This document shows positions 20,022 to 30,823 of a DNA stretch of 64,000 nt, in pieces. Both the position numbers and the translations under genes were made by a program. The notes beneath the pieces were generated by a model. The model was not told the origin of the DNA and made no database searches. It saw only the letters and a program-made list of their open reading frames with translations. Source of the stretch: Promethearchaeota archaeon (GTDB taxonomy: Archaea; Asgardarchaeota; Lokiarchaeia; Sigyniarchaeales; SOKP01). The stretch lies in the NCBI GenBank assembly GCA_019058365.1, contig JAHPZE010000018.1, positions 17,801 to 81,800 of the forward strand, written 5' to 3'. Every line of letters starts with the position of its first letter. Within the stretch, counting starts at the first letter, position 1.

Positions 20022-22190
20022 ATGGCAAAAAGACCAAGAATTAGAAGAAGGGTGAATGAAAGAAGGGTAGTTTTACCCATGAATCCACTCCAGTTAAGAC
20101 CTTCACAATTTATTACTACTTATGGTGTAGGTGCTCTTGTTGATGGACGTCAGGGGTCATCAATTATTTTGGAGTTTGAAAAATCAGAATTATTCCCTTC
20201 AACTAAACCTGATTTGGGAACAGATGAATTTATCTGTTATGTGGTTGCATTACCAGGAGCATCCCGATTATCAAAAGTTTTAGAAAATAAAAACGCAGAG
20301 CGTAAGGAAATCGGCCTATTCAGAATGATTACAAATTCTGATTTAAATGTTGAAGACAGATTTGAAATATATAAAACACTACGTTTCCCTGAATATTCTC
20401 TATGCAATAAGCACGGGAATACACAAATTATTTACCATCGCCATTATCCCAGAGATTTTGAAAAAGGAATATTCGGGATTTGCCCTAAATGTCTAGCTGA
20501 TCCTGAAAGAAACACTCAGAATTATCAAAGTGATCAAGAGGTTATTCGCTTCATCCAAATTTGCAAAAATGGCCATTTAAATGATGTGGATTGGAATTAC
20601 GAGGTCCATAGAAAAAAAATTCAGGGAACTACGGATAGACCATGTAAATTTACTCATCTAGAATGGATCGAGGAGGGGTCTGAATTGCAATATGTAAAGA
20701 TAAAGTGTCCTCACTGTCATGAAAGTATCAATTTAAAACAACTTAAAAATAGAAAAATAAGATGTAGAAGAGGAATGCCATGGAAGGGAAAGGAGACAAC
20801 AATACAAGGAAGGTCCCGAATATCTGAAGATCATTTTCCTTGCGATGAATATGTCCAAATTATCCAGCGAAATGCCTCAAATGTCTTCATTTCTCAATTA
20901 ATCACTTCAATTTCTTTACCAAAGGAAGCCAATGCATTTTATCGCACTCTAAATTATAAAATTATTATTAATGAGATGTACAATAATTTAATAATTGACT
21001 TCTCTACGCTTTTCCACTTTTATGAAACTCATCAAGCAGAGGAAACCATTAAACAAAATCCTGGCTTTGGTGACTCTTTTGAAATTCTAAAAAAAATAAG
21101 AACAATGGGAGCACAGGAAATTAGTAAAGCTGAAGATATTATCTCTTATTTCATTAATGATGTATTGAAAGCTAGTGGTACTTTTGATGAGATGGACCTA
21201 AGAAGAGAAGAGTTTAGAGCATTTAAAACTGGAGAATCAGAAAGTAGTCTAAAAATTGACCCAAATTTAGTAATTGAAGATCCTATTGAAGTTGATTATC
21301 AATGGATGGGAACAATCCCAATTACATTTAGAGTTACCCCAATACCAAAACTAGAGGCTATTCTTGTTCAAAAAGGTTTTCAACGGATTGCCAGACCACC
21401 AAAATCTAAAGAAGAAAGACATGAAACTGATATTTCACATGCTACAACAAGGAGAACTCCCTATATTGATGTTAATGGACATCATTGGTACCTATCAGAA
21501 AAATTACAAGGGGAGGGAATATTTATTACTTTAAAAAATCCAAAAATCTTAGGTTTTTCAGACGAAAATAGTAAAAAATGGAAATATATGGAAGAATTAG
21601 TAAATCTATTCCCCCAATACTATAAAACGGAGGGTGAAGAAAATGGAGGTGGATCTGAAGATGATAAAGCTCCTCTCAATAATAAACTTACTAGCGATGA
21701 TTCTGGGGAAGTTTCTAAAGAATCAATAGAGGATGCTGCATATGCTTACTCATTTTTCGGTAGAAATTTTGAAGCTTTTGCAAATCCGTTAGGAACATGG
21801 TGGCATACTTTGGCACATCGATTAATACTCGCTCTATCACTAGATTGTGGATATTCGAGTGCAGCTCTACGAGAAAGGTTATACATCGATGGAGAAGAAG
21901 GTGGAGTGCTAATCTTCGCAACACAGGCTGGAGAGGATGGTACTCTAGGAGGACTTATTTCACAAGCTCAAGAATACAGATTTAAAGAAATTCTCGAACT
22001 TGCTCTATCCAATATTAATAACTGTTCAAATGATCCTAATTGTCTTGAAAGTAATATCGATGATAATCTATTTGGGGCCCGAGCCCCCAATGGAGCAGCA
22101 TGCTATGCATGTCTTTTTCTATCTGAGACTTCTTGTGAATTTGGTAACATTGGACTTGATAGAAAATTACTCATAAATAATCCAAGTTAA
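20022..22190 (+). CDS. drmB: DISARM DrmB (DUF1998 domain)
   Basis: LRPSQFITTYGVGALV; HTLAHRLI...CGYSSAALRERLY; DGTLGGL; CSNDPNC...GAACYAC...ETSCE.GN..LDR. Confidence 0.92.
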   Translation: MAKRPRIRRRVNERRVVLPMNPLQLRPSQFITTYGVGALVDGRQGSSIILEFEKSELFPSTKPDLGTDEFICYVVALPGASRLSKVLENKNAERKEIGLFRMITNSDLNVEDRFEIYKTLRFPEYSLCNKHGNTQIIYHRHYPRDFEKGIFGICPKCLADPERNTQNYQSDQEVIRFIQICKNGHLNDVDWNYEVHRKKIQGTTDRPCKFTHLEWIEEGSELQYVKIKCPHCHESINLKQLKNRKIRCRRGMPWKGKETTIQGRSRISEDHFPCDEYVQIIQRNASNVFISQLITSISLPKEANAFYRTLNYKIIINEMYNNLIIDFSTLFHFYETHQAEETIKQNPGFGDSFEILKKIRTMGAQEISKAEDIISYFINDVLKASGTFDEMDLRREEFRAFKTGESESSLKIDPNLVIEDPIEVDYQWMGTIPITFRVTPIPKLEAILVQKGFQRIARPPKSKEERHETDISHATTRRTPYIDVNGHHWYLSEKLQGEGIFITLKNPKILGFSDENSKKWKYMEELVNLFPQYYKTEGEENGGGSEDDKAPLNNKLTSDDSGEVSKESIEDAAYAYSFFGRNFEAFANPLGTWWHTLAHRLILALSLDCGYSSAALRERLYIDGEEGGVLIFATQAGEDGTLGGLISQAQEYRFKEILELALSNINNCSNDPNCLESNIDDNLFGARAPNGAACYACLFLSETSCEFGNIGLDRKLLINNPS

Positions 22191-22204
22191 ATTATAATAA
22201 TTAG

Positions 22205-24199
22205 GTGTTAAAAATAACTGATATACTCTCAAAATATGAAACAACCAAAATCTCACAAAAAATGCTAATAAAAGGAGAACCTGGAACAGGTAAAACTGAA
22301 CTATTTGCTAAGCGAGTCGTCCACCTAATTGAAGAAGAAGGGTTAGAACCTAGAGCCATATTAATCTTAAGCTTTACGCGAAATTCGGTACGCGAAATGA
22401 AGGATAGAATCAAGAAGATATTAAAAAAAACATCTCCTCAGGTATTTAATAAATTAAAAATAATGACATTTGATAGATTTGCCGCAAAAATCCTGCAAGA
22501 TGATAGAGAATATAGGGTTTTTGACAATAAATTTGAGACAAATATCTCTAATGCCGTCTCGTTTTTATTAGATTATACAAATAGAAGTGAAGATTTTCAA
22601 TATTTCTTTAGTCGTATAAGATATGTAATTGTTGATGAGATTCAAGATCTATATTATGGTCGTGCTGCTATGTTACAATGCATTTTTTCAACTCTCGCTC
22701 GGATCCAAGATCAATGGGGTTACTTACTCCTATTAGATGAGTGTCAGGAGATATTCTCTTATATGGAAAAAAAAGGAGAAAAATCTGAACTGGGGAATTT
22801 TTTTAAGCGTTCCAAGAATTTTGTTGAATGGGCTATAAAATGGACTGAGAAAAATTATCCTGATGATTTTATAAATGAAATGTTGGATATTCCTATGAGT
22901 GAGAATATACGATTTAAAGACTTAAAAAATGGAAAATTATGTTCCATTATGAAAACGGCACGCTTCATTCTTACAAATCACCCTGATAATATAAAAAAAC
23001 TTAAAAGTTTAAAAAATCGCTTTCCATTAATTACCATTCAAGGAGAGGAAGAATTTTTTCATTTACTTAGAGATAATGAAGATAAAAACAAAACAACTTG
23101 TCTATTATTCAGAGGTAATGAAACGGCAACAAATTTCTCTCTTAAGCTGTACCAGCAAAATCCTCCTTTCAATCACATATATCAATTAAGCAACCAAAGT
23201 AAGGTATTTCCCAATTGGATTGCATTTTCAGTTAAAAATAGTATTAGGGATGATTTAAACTTATCAGATAGTGCTTATATAGAAAAGGAAAAGTATATCG
23301 AGATTTGGAATTTGATGAATTTACAACCAAAATTTAACTTAGATGCTGATAATGCATGGAACTTCCTTTCTTTTATGGCTACAGAAAGTGAAGATGAGGA
23401 ATACATCGACCTCGAGAAATTGAAGTATGGGCTATTGCGGAACTACTCGGATTCATTATTAACAGAATATGGTTATAATGCTGCACCAATTATAATTTCA
23501 AATATACACAAGTCCAAAGGTCGTGAGTATGATTATGTCTTCTTAGAGGATGCATCTCTACCAAATGGAAAAATGTTTGATTTGGATTCCGTACAATTAT
23601 TTGCTAGGTTAAATTATGTTGCACTAACTCGTTGCAGGAAAGACTTCAAATTATTATCTTCCACCCATCGTAGTTTTTATAATTATCGAACTAATGATGA
23701 ATATGAGAATCTAGGTCAGTTTATTTTTAAAATTAAAGAAAAAGATAATGAGAAAATCTTAGAAAAGATCTCATTTTTATTATCTAATGAGGAAAATTCT
23801 AATAACAAACAAGAAAAAATATGGAATTTAAAACTGGGAGAACCTGTAAAAGTTGTAGTAAAAGTTGATCCTCCTGAAAAATTTGCACGAGTGTATATTT
23901 TAAACCAAAATCCTAATAAGAAAAATGAAGAGCTCTGTGTAATAACAGAATCTTATACAAAAAGAATAATTAAGAAAATTAATGGTTTATTGGACAATAC
24001 TGATATAAGCAAAGAGAAAATAAAAAGAAGAAATGATAACACATACACCCTTGTGGGTGCTAGAATAGTAAGCTTAAACACGGAATTATTACCCCCAAAT
24101 GTTAAGGAATTCAATCAAGTAGATATACCCCTTAAAGATTTTCTAATTGGGTATTGGTTAGGCTTTAGAATAATGGGGCCGCTCTATATAAAAAATTAA
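22205..24199 (+). CDS. UvrD/Rep-family SF1 helicase
   Basis: GEPGTGKT, LSFTRNS, VDEIQD, IHKSKGREYD, YVALTR. Confidence 0.88.
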   Translation: MLKITDILSKYETTKISQKMLIKGEPGTGKTELFAKRVVHLIEEEGLEPRAILILSFTRNSVREMKDRIKKILKKTSPQVFNKLKIMTFDRFAAKILQDDREYRVFDNKFETNISNAVSFLLDYTNRSEDFQYFFSRIRYVIVDEIQDLYYGRAAMLQCIFSTLARIQDQWGYLLLLDECQEIFSYMEKKGEKSELGNFFKRSKNFVEWAIKWTEKNYPDDFINEMLDIPMSENIRFKDLKNGKLCSIMKTARFILTNHPDNIKKLKSLKNRFPLITIQGEEEFFHLLRDNEDKNKTTCLLFRGNETATNFSLKLYQQNPPFNHIYQLSNQSKVFPNWIAFSVKNSIRDDLNLSDSAYIEKEKYIEIWNLMNLQPKFNLDADNAWNFLSFMATESEDEEYIDLEKLKYGLLRNYSDSLLTEYGYNAAPIIISNIHKSKGREYDYVFLEDASLPNGKMFDLDSVQLFARLNYVALTRCRKDFKLLSSTHRSFYNYRTNDEYENLGQFIFKIKEKDNEKILEKISFLLSNEENSNNKQEKIWNLKLGEPVKVVVKVDPPEKFARVYILNQNPNKKNEELCVITESYTKRIIKKINGLLDNTDISKEKIKRRNDNTYTLVGARIVSLNTELLPPNVKEFNQVDIPLKDFLIGYWLGFRIMGPLYIKN

Positions 24200-24202
24200 T
24201 CG

Positions 24203-26101
24203 GTGAATAAGATGGTTAAAAAATTTCCTTCTACTGAAAATGACCTAAGACTTAAAAGGCCTGATGTTCCACGTTCAGAAATGATATTTTATGAGATTAT
24301 TGATGATTTAAGCGATAACTGGGTCGTATGGCATTCAGTTGAATGGATAGATGAACCAGAAATGAGAGTAGGAGAAGCTGATTTTCTAATATTCAATCAT
24401 AACTATGGATTTTTAGTAATTGAAGTGAAAGGTGGAATTATAACATATGAAGATGATATTTTTTACCAAAAGAATCAAAAAACTGAAAATATAACAAAAA
24501 TACAAGACCCTTTCTATCAAGCAAGGAAATCTACATATTTTTTCAGAGATTACTATACGAAAAAAGCTTTGTTAGAATCTAATCCAAGAGAACTTTTGTA
24601 TTTTTCAGGAAAGAGAGGAAACTTTCCACTATATTATAATTACGGAGTCTTCTTTCCGGGGTCATATTTTAAGAATGATAATGAAGGACTAGCTGGAAGT
24701 CTTAGAACTCCTTTCGATAAGATTTTTGATATATCAGACTATAAAGAACAAGAGACTTGGGTTGAAGAAAATCAAAAAGGAATCACACTTTCTCCATTGG
24801 AAAAATTTCTTATTAACTTATTTAAAGGATTCAAGAAGAGAAGCCTAAAGTTCCCAAGACTAAAAGATTACTTCCCAAAATTAATTAGTCCAAATATAGT
24901 TACAGCTTTTAGGTTAAATCGGTATTTAGAGGAGAGAAATGAGGAACTTATGGGCATAAATGAAGAACAAAATATGATTCTTGATTCACTCTATGCTAAA
25001 CCCCATTGCATTTTTAAAGGAAGCGCTGGATCTGGAAAAACATTTATGGCTATAAAAAAAGCATTAATGAATTACCAAGAGGGCAAAAGAACGCTATTTC
25101 TCTGTTTTAATAAAGAATTACGTGATTTTCTATATTATTATTTCTCAAAAGAATTCAAGCGTAAAGATAGTGCTTGGCATAAAAAAATTCAAGTTTATTC
25201 CATAAATCTTTATTTAAGTGTTATTTGCGAAAAACTATTTGATTTTGATACAATAAAACAAATAAAAAATGAGATTTTTAATTTCCAGTATGAAAATGTA
25301 GCTCATAAGATAAAAACTGAAGTTGAGAGTCAAAAGTTTACATCATCCTATAAGTTCGATGCCGTACTCGTAGATGAGGCTCAGGATATGGATGAAAATC
25401 TATGGGATCTGTTCATTTACTTTTTAAATGATCCCCAAAAATCAATTTATTATATTTTTTATGACCCAGAACAAGCGCTATTTGTCGAAAACTTTGATCC
25501 CAATAGATTTGGGTTAGATATGGGTAATGATCTAATCTTACGTCAAAGAAATATAAGGAATACAACACAGATTGCTCAGTGGCTTAAAGATAAAACTACT
25601 TATGGTGAATACAAGGAATTTTCCGGTATTAAAGGTTTTAATATAGATGATAACAACCAGTTTGATAACCCTGTAGAGGCGATAAACTTTATAATTAACG
25701 AAGTTAAAGACAACATCCTAAAATCTGAAGTGGAACCAGAGAAAATTGGTATACTATCTTTTTTCAAGTTAAATACGGTCTTTAATAAAGTACGGGAGAA
25801 TGATCTCTGTAAATACCTATGGTTCAAGAATGAAGAGGAACCTAAATTCGATTCTATGTTTATAGTAGAACCAAATAATGTTAAAGACTTACCTATAATA
25901 AAACGAACATTAAATAAATGGGTTTTATTATTTACGACTATCTCGTCATTCAAAGGCCTCGAAAAGGATATTATTTTTCTTTTAGTTCCAAAACTGGAAT
26001 TATTTAAAAAGGAAAACCCTAATCAGTATAAATTTTTCCTAATGCAAATTTATGTAGGAGCATCTAGAGCTAAATTTAAATTATATTTAGTGGAATATTA
26101 A
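24203..26101 (+). CDS. NERD nuclease fused to SF1-type helicase
   Basis: GEADFLIF...VIEVKGG...PFYQA; GSAGSGKT; VDEAQD; SSFKGLE; YVGASRA. Confidence 0.88.
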   Translation: MNKMVKKFPSTENDLRLKRPDVPRSEMIFYEIIDDLSDNWVVWHSVEWIDEPEMRVGEADFLIFNHNYGFLVIEVKGGIITYEDDIFYQKNQKTENITKIQDPFYQARKSTYFFRDYYTKKALLESNPRELLYFSGKRGNFPLYYNYGVFFPGSYFKNDNEGLAGSLRTPFDKIFDISDYKEQETWVEENQKGITLSPLEKFLINLFKGFKKRSLKFPRLKDYFPKLISPNIVTAFRLNRYLEERNEELMGINEEQNMILDSLYAKPHCIFKGSAGSGKTFMAIKKALMNYQEGKRTLFLCFNKELRDFLYYYFSKEFKRKDSAWHKKIQVYSINLYLSVICEKLFDFDTIKQIKNEIFNFQYENVAHKIKTEVESQKFTSSYKFDAVLVDEAQDMDENLWDLFIYFLNDPQKSIYYIFYDPEQALFVENFDPNRFGLDMGNDLILRQRNIRNTTQIAQWLKDKTTYGEYKEFSGIKGFNIDDNNQFDNPVEAINFIINEVKDNILKSEVEPEKIGILSFFKLNTVFNKVRENDLCKYLWFKNEEEPKFDSMFIVEPNNVKDLPIIKRTLNKWVLLFTTISSFKGLEKDIIFLLVPKLELFKKENPNQYKFFLMQIYVGASRAKFKLYLVEY

Positions 26102-26141
26102 CTCATTTTAAATTTGTTGTGACTTTATGGATCCTATATAA

Positions 26142-26792
26142 ATGGATAAAAATAAGGCATTTTTTAATGAAAATATTGTAAAATGGGGTAAATCAAACTT
26201 AAGGGATTTTCCATGGAGGAAAAACATTACCCCTTATAGAATCTTGATAGGAGAACTACTTTTACAGAGAACTACTTCTAAACAAGTCGATGATGTATTC
26301 AATGAGTTTATTGATGAATATCCTATACCAAAAGATTTAGCTGAAAGTGATGTAGACAAAATTCTAGAAATTATCAAGCCCCTTGGGCTTTATAGACGTG
26401 CTAATGCACTTTTCAAGCTCGCAAATCAATTAGAAAACGAACATTTAGGAGTGATACCTAAAAATTATACAGATTTAATTAAACTATTTGGAGTGGGAAA
26501 GTACATAGCAAATACGGTCCTCTGTTTTAGCTTCAATGAACGAGTTCCGATAGTTGATACAAATGTGATAAGAATTTTCAAGAGGTTTTTTAACTTCAAA
26601 TCTGATAAAAAATACATTGAATCAGATAAAAAAATCTGGGAATTTGCAGAAAGTCTATTACCAAAAAATGATTGCCGATTGTATAACTATTCTTTACTGG
26701 ATTTTGGTAATTTAGTCTGTAGACCAAAAAATCCAGAATGTCAAGACTGTATAATACGGGAAAAATGCGTTTATTATAACAACAAGTTATAA
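26142..26792 (+). CDS. HhH-GPD [4Fe-4S] DNA glycosylase, MIG (T:G mismatch)/MutY-like
   Basis: RDFPWR..PYRILIGELLLQRT, GVGKY, VDTNVIR, CRPKNPECQDCIIREKC; no MutY C-terminal domain. Confidence 0.85.
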   Translation: MDKNKAFFNENIVKWGKSNLRDFPWRKNITPYRILIGELLLQRTTSKQVDDVFNEFIDEYPIPKDLAESDVDKILEIIKPLGLYRRANALFKLANQLENEHLGVIPKNYTDLIKLFGVGKYIANTVLCFSFNERVPIVDTNVIRIFKRFFNFKSDKKYIESDKKIWEFAESLLPKNDCRLYNYSLLDFGNLVCRPKNPECQDCIIREKCVYYNNKL

Positions 26793-28037
26793 TTATATCT
26801 CTATTTGTATTTTTTTAGCAAAGAAAATCGATTGTTTAACTTCTTCTTTAGATTCAAGGAGGACATTTATAATTAGATCCTGTTGCTCCTTGAATAATAC
26901 TTCTCCCCCTCTTCCCTTGAAATCACCCGTAATAAACTCAATTCTATCTCCAATTTCAATCTCACGGGCATTTTTGATATATGATTTAATAATGTCTATC
27001 CATTTATATATATTAAATAATTCTTTAGAACAAGAGTTACATATAAATATTTGAAACAAATCCTTATGTATTAATCCAGTATGGCGAATTATTCTATAAT
27101 TGAAATTCCATTTATAGGGTAAGGCGAGTACTAAGTTAATTGGATTATAACACGCCTTACAATTACCTACCCTTTCAAAATATCCAAAATATATACCCTC
27201 TCCTAAGTGAGGCCTTATATAGGGATTTATAATCTCTTGAAATTTATTGTATAAGAATTTATGGTTGTATAATACATTTAAAGGAATATGGTCATATTTT
27301 ATAATTTTCTCTTGACGATTAGAATATTTCCATACTCGATTATTGGGTAAAAAATATGAAGGTCTAATATTCGATTCTATAACATAATCAATATCAATTA
27401 ACTTTAAGTTTTTAAAACAACTAAATAAAGAACTCTCTTCGAATTGTGCATATTTTTCAATGAATTTATAATCGAGATAAACGATATTAATAATTCCGGG
27501 ACAAATCGAACTAAAATTCGCTATTTGATGATTAAAACAATCTACAAATTCCTTATCTTTCAAGCATTCTATAAAATTAATGATGGGATAAACCCAGAAG
27601 AAAATAGTTTTTATAACTGAATCGGTTTTGAATTCCTTGAAGAAGGATGGGATTATCCTATATATATAATCTTTATCAAAATTATTCCAATACTTAAATT
27701 GTTTACAATTTAGTGTTTTTAAAAATAAATCGCTTGGAGTTCTAATTATATTTATACTGTTATCTAAATTAACACTAAAGTTCTCCCCTTTATTCCCTGT
27801 ATAAAATGGACAAATTCCAATCTTTTTGCTCCCAATGTGTTTGAAATGTGATTTTCTATTGTAATTCTTAGAACGAAGTACAAAACTGATAGGTAAGAAA
27901 CATATGGGGCATCTAAAACTAAAGTAGTCATTTATATTGTCATATTGTTGAATACTTTTTAAATAATTCAAGATAAATGTTTCAACTTCTAAAGCTGTTA
28001 TTAATTCGTTAGATCCAGATAATATTGCATACTTCAA
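26793..28037 (-). CDS. CoiA-N-like Zn-finger protein with C-terminal Spt5/NusG-like KOW domain (same architecture as 13745-14986)
   Basis: FRCPIC...HFKH...C; CKAC...CNSC; IEIGDRIEFITGDFKGRGGEV. Confidence 0.6.
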   Translation of the reverse strand: MKYAILSGSNELITALEVETFILNYLKSIQQYDNINDYFSFRCPICFLPISFVLRSKNYNRKSHFKHIGSKKIGICPFYTGNKGENFSVNLDNSINIIRTPSDLFLKTLNCKQFKYWNNFDKDYIYRIIPSFFKEFKTDSVIKTIFFWVYPIINFIECLKDKEFVDCFNHQIANFSSICPGIINIVYLDYKFIEKYAQFEESSLFSCFKNLKLIDIDYVIESNIRPSYFLPNNRVWKYSNRQEKIIKYDHIPLNVLYNHKFLYNKFQEIINPYIRPHLGEGIYFGYFERVGNCKACYNPINLVLALPYKWNFNYRIIRHTGLIHKDLFQIFICNSCSKELFNIYKWIDIIKSYIKNAREIEIGDRIEFITGDFKGRGGEVLFKEQQDLIINVLLESKEEVKQSIFFAKKIQIEI

Positions 28038-28060
28038 TATTATAACCTGATTAATTCGTA

Positions 28061-30265
28061 TTACACAAAGTTTTGAATTACCTGTTTCAGCTGTTCTTTA
28101 TCAATTGTTGAATTTGATAGTATCCAACTAAAAATCTTTTCCATTAATATTACCATCCTATCTACTGAGTGAAAAATATCATTTGGAATTAGATTGACAA
28201 GATCGGAGATATTCTGAGATTTGTTGTTCATATAAAGCTTTTTAGCGTCCTTTAAATCACCATCGATAACCTCATACTCATTAATGAGTTCTATATTTTT
28301 ACTAGGTGTTTTAAACCCTTTTTTTTCAACAATTTCTTTTGATTTTATCTTTTCTAATTCTTCTTGTTGTTCTGCTAGTCTTTTCTTTTCAGCTTCAATT
28401 AGATCTCTTTGTTTTCTTAATCTTTCTTCTTCTTCTCTAAGGATTTCCTCTTGTTTTCTCTTCTCCTCTAAGAATTTCTTTTTCTCATCAATAATTTCTT
28501 TCTTTTGTTCATATATTCTCTTTATCCTAATTTCCTCAGCTATTTTCTTCTTTTCCTCATTCCTCTTTATGATTTGTTTATTTTTAGTTATTATCTCATC
28601 GACTTTCCGTACAAATTGTTCAATATTTCTAGAGAATTCCTTTATCGTTTTATCAAAATCACCTGATTTTGGGCCTGTTTTTAAAGTTTCCTTTGAAGCA
28701 GTTTTTAAATTATTGAAAAACAGCTTTATTTCATCTAATTCATTCTCTTCTTCTACTGATAGAATTTCACTTGATTCTAAGTCTAATTTATATTTCTTCA
28801 ATATGTCATCAAATTTTTCTAAAACATCCATCCAACATTTAATTAAACCAATAAAATTGTTATCATTAGATGGGTCTTTATTAAATTCTTCTTTTGCAGA
28901 CTTATAAATAATTGAAGTGTTTATTTGAATGCTAAATTTTTCTAATTCTTTCTCCAAACCCTCATATAATTCTTCATAATGATTTTGATATCTTTTTGCA
29001 GCCTGTGCCTTTTTCCTTTGCCTTTCGCCGGCTTCTGCCACTTCAACTAACCAGTTGGCAATCTCTTCTCTCACTTTTTTCCAATAATCATTTGAAATTA
29101 TAGAATCTCGACTGCTTTTGGGATTTAGATGTTCAGAGAAGAGATAAATTTCTCCCCACATATTATCAAGGGGATGGCTTTTTAATGATCTCTTGTCAGT
29201 TTTCGCCCATTCCCAAACATCATTAGAGTTATATATTAGAACATTATATAATCTGACTATTATTCCTCTGAAATAGTAGTCAGAAAATTGAGGGGCTGCG
29301 ATTTTCTCTGTTGAACCCCTAAACACAGCCCATCCAGCACCAACTAACTCATTATTAATCTTAAAATCTTTTGCGAGAAAAAAGTATTTTGGGGACAAAA
29401 TGTTGTCTTTTGGTATTGGTTTTTTTATCATAATATTTTTAGTCTGCTTCAAATCAGGAAGATTTCTGTAATGAACCTGTATTTCGTTATAATTATAGTT
29501 CAATGGAATGAATATTTCATCATTAACCTTTATTTTACCAAACTTTTTTCCACTTAAAATGGAATATATATTCTCCTTTAGTAATTCTTTTCCCTCTTCA
29601 TCCTCATTTAGATTATAATCAGTGATAGAAAGATTATTTAACCCATCTTCAAAATCCACTGGCACTACTCTAGATAATTTAAAAATAAATTTCGGGTCGA
29701 GCATTTCCCTGAATTTTTTAGGCGTTATTTCATGTAATGTTATAATAGTTCCATGATATTTCTTTTCTTCTTCATCTTTAGTATCGACTTCTTTCTGGAA
29801 AGATATTATTACATCACTGATATATTTTTTACTTGGATCCTTTAAATCCTCCATCCATTGCCATATTGGAATTCTTCTAATATGCCAATATTCTTCATCT
29901 TTTTTTTTTGACCGAATAATTATATCTTTACATATTTTACCTGCAGAGTATATACCTATCCCAATTTCACCTATAGGAGGAAAGTTTGTTTTTTTATCTT
30001 TAGTTTTAGGACTAACCATTATATCCAAACATTCATTAATTTCATTTTTATCCATACCGATTCCAGTATCCATGATCATTAAATCTCGCTCATCATAATC
30101 TATATAGAGATCAATTTTGGTACTTTTAGCATCTATTGAATTTGATATATATTCCCTCAAAACATACTCACAATTATCATATAATTCTGATGTAAATGCA
30201 TCTAAAATTCTTTTTCCAATTTGAGTATCTTTATAAGGTATTTCTTCTCCTTCTTTTATCCCCAT
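28061..30265 (-). CDS. GHKL (HATPase_c/MORC-like) ATPase with long C-terminal coiled coil
   Basis: LREYISNSIDA, DTGIGM, IGEIGIG, HGTIITL; E/K-rich coiled coil. Confidence 0.82.
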   Translation of the reverse strand: MGIKEGEEIPYKDTQIGKRILDAFTSELYDNCEYVLREYISNSIDAKSTKIDLYIDYDERDLMIMDTGIGMDKNEINECLDIMVSPKTKDKKTNFPPIGEIGIGIYSAGKICKDIIIRSKKKDEEYWHIRRIPIWQWMEDLKDPSKKYISDVIISFQKEVDTKDEEEKKYHGTIITLHEITPKKFREMLDPKFIFKLSRVVPVDFEDGLNNLSITDYNLNEDEEGKELLKENIYSILSGKKFGKIKVNDEIFIPLNYNYNEIQVHYRNLPDLKQTKNIMIKKPIPKDNILSPKYFFLAKDFKINNELVGAGWAVFRGSTEKIAAPQFSDYYFRGIIVRLYNVLIYNSNDVWEWAKTDKRSLKSHPLDNMWGEIYLFSEHLNPKSSRDSIISNDYWKKVREEIANWLVEVAEAGERQRKKAQAAKRYQNHYEELYEGLEKELEKFSIQINTSIIYKSAKEEFNKDPSNDNNFIGLIKCWMDVLEKFDDILKKYKLDLESSEILSVEEENELDEIKLFFNNLKTASKETLKTGPKSGDFDKTIKEFSRNIEQFVRKVDEIITKNKQIIKRNEEKKKIAEEIRIKRIYEQKKEIIDEKKKFLEEKRKQEEILREEEERLRKQRDLIEAEKKRLAEQQEELEKIKSKEIVEKKGFKTPSKNIELINEYEVIDGDLKDAKKLYMNNKSQNISDLVNLIPNDIFHSVDRMVILMEKIFSWILSNSTIDKEQLKQVIQNFV

Positions 30266-30823
30266 ATTCTATCTCTCTATTCTTAAATACGTAATTTCAA
30301 TTGAATATTTCTATAATTAATATTATTTTTTGTCTTTTTATGCTATAGGATGAATTCTTGATTTTTTCCTATATCATAAAATACTATATTCTTCTATATA
30401 AATTTTAAGAATTTAATTATTTCTTAATCCTGTCAAATTTAGGAGTCATTTAAACCAACTGGGTAATATATCGATAAAAAGTTAGAGATCTACAATAATT
30501 TAGTAAATCAAAAATTAAAATAAATGTAAAAATAGCATTAATAATTCAAAATGACCTGAATATTATTAAATACATATTAATGAAGAGAAAATCTTAATCC
30601 ATTAAACCCTTTCAATTATTAAATGTTTATGGTTTAATAAAAGTAATGTAATCGCTAACATTATTGGATAAGATGTGTTTGAAAAAGGAGAATGAGTAAA
30701 TCTTTTATAAAGAAATTACTCACCCAAGATGAATATATTCAATAGACGATCAACTCGAAAGCCTTTTAAAAACTTCTTATAGCTATGGTTTTTTTAAAGC
30801 AACTAACCTATATCTACAAATTA

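Noticed and set aside
22071-22090. GC-rich hairpin ttggggcccgagcccccaa
   Set aside because: Lies inside drmB coding sequence (FGARAPN) and is single-copy; no evidence of function.
28284-28907. Antisense ORF-track entries such as 28284-28907, 35123-35644, 349-717, 25600-25953 and 19802-20080
   Set aside because: These are shadow ORFs opposite well-supported genes, with F/S/L/I-rich composition typical of the antisense of K/E-rich coding DNA.
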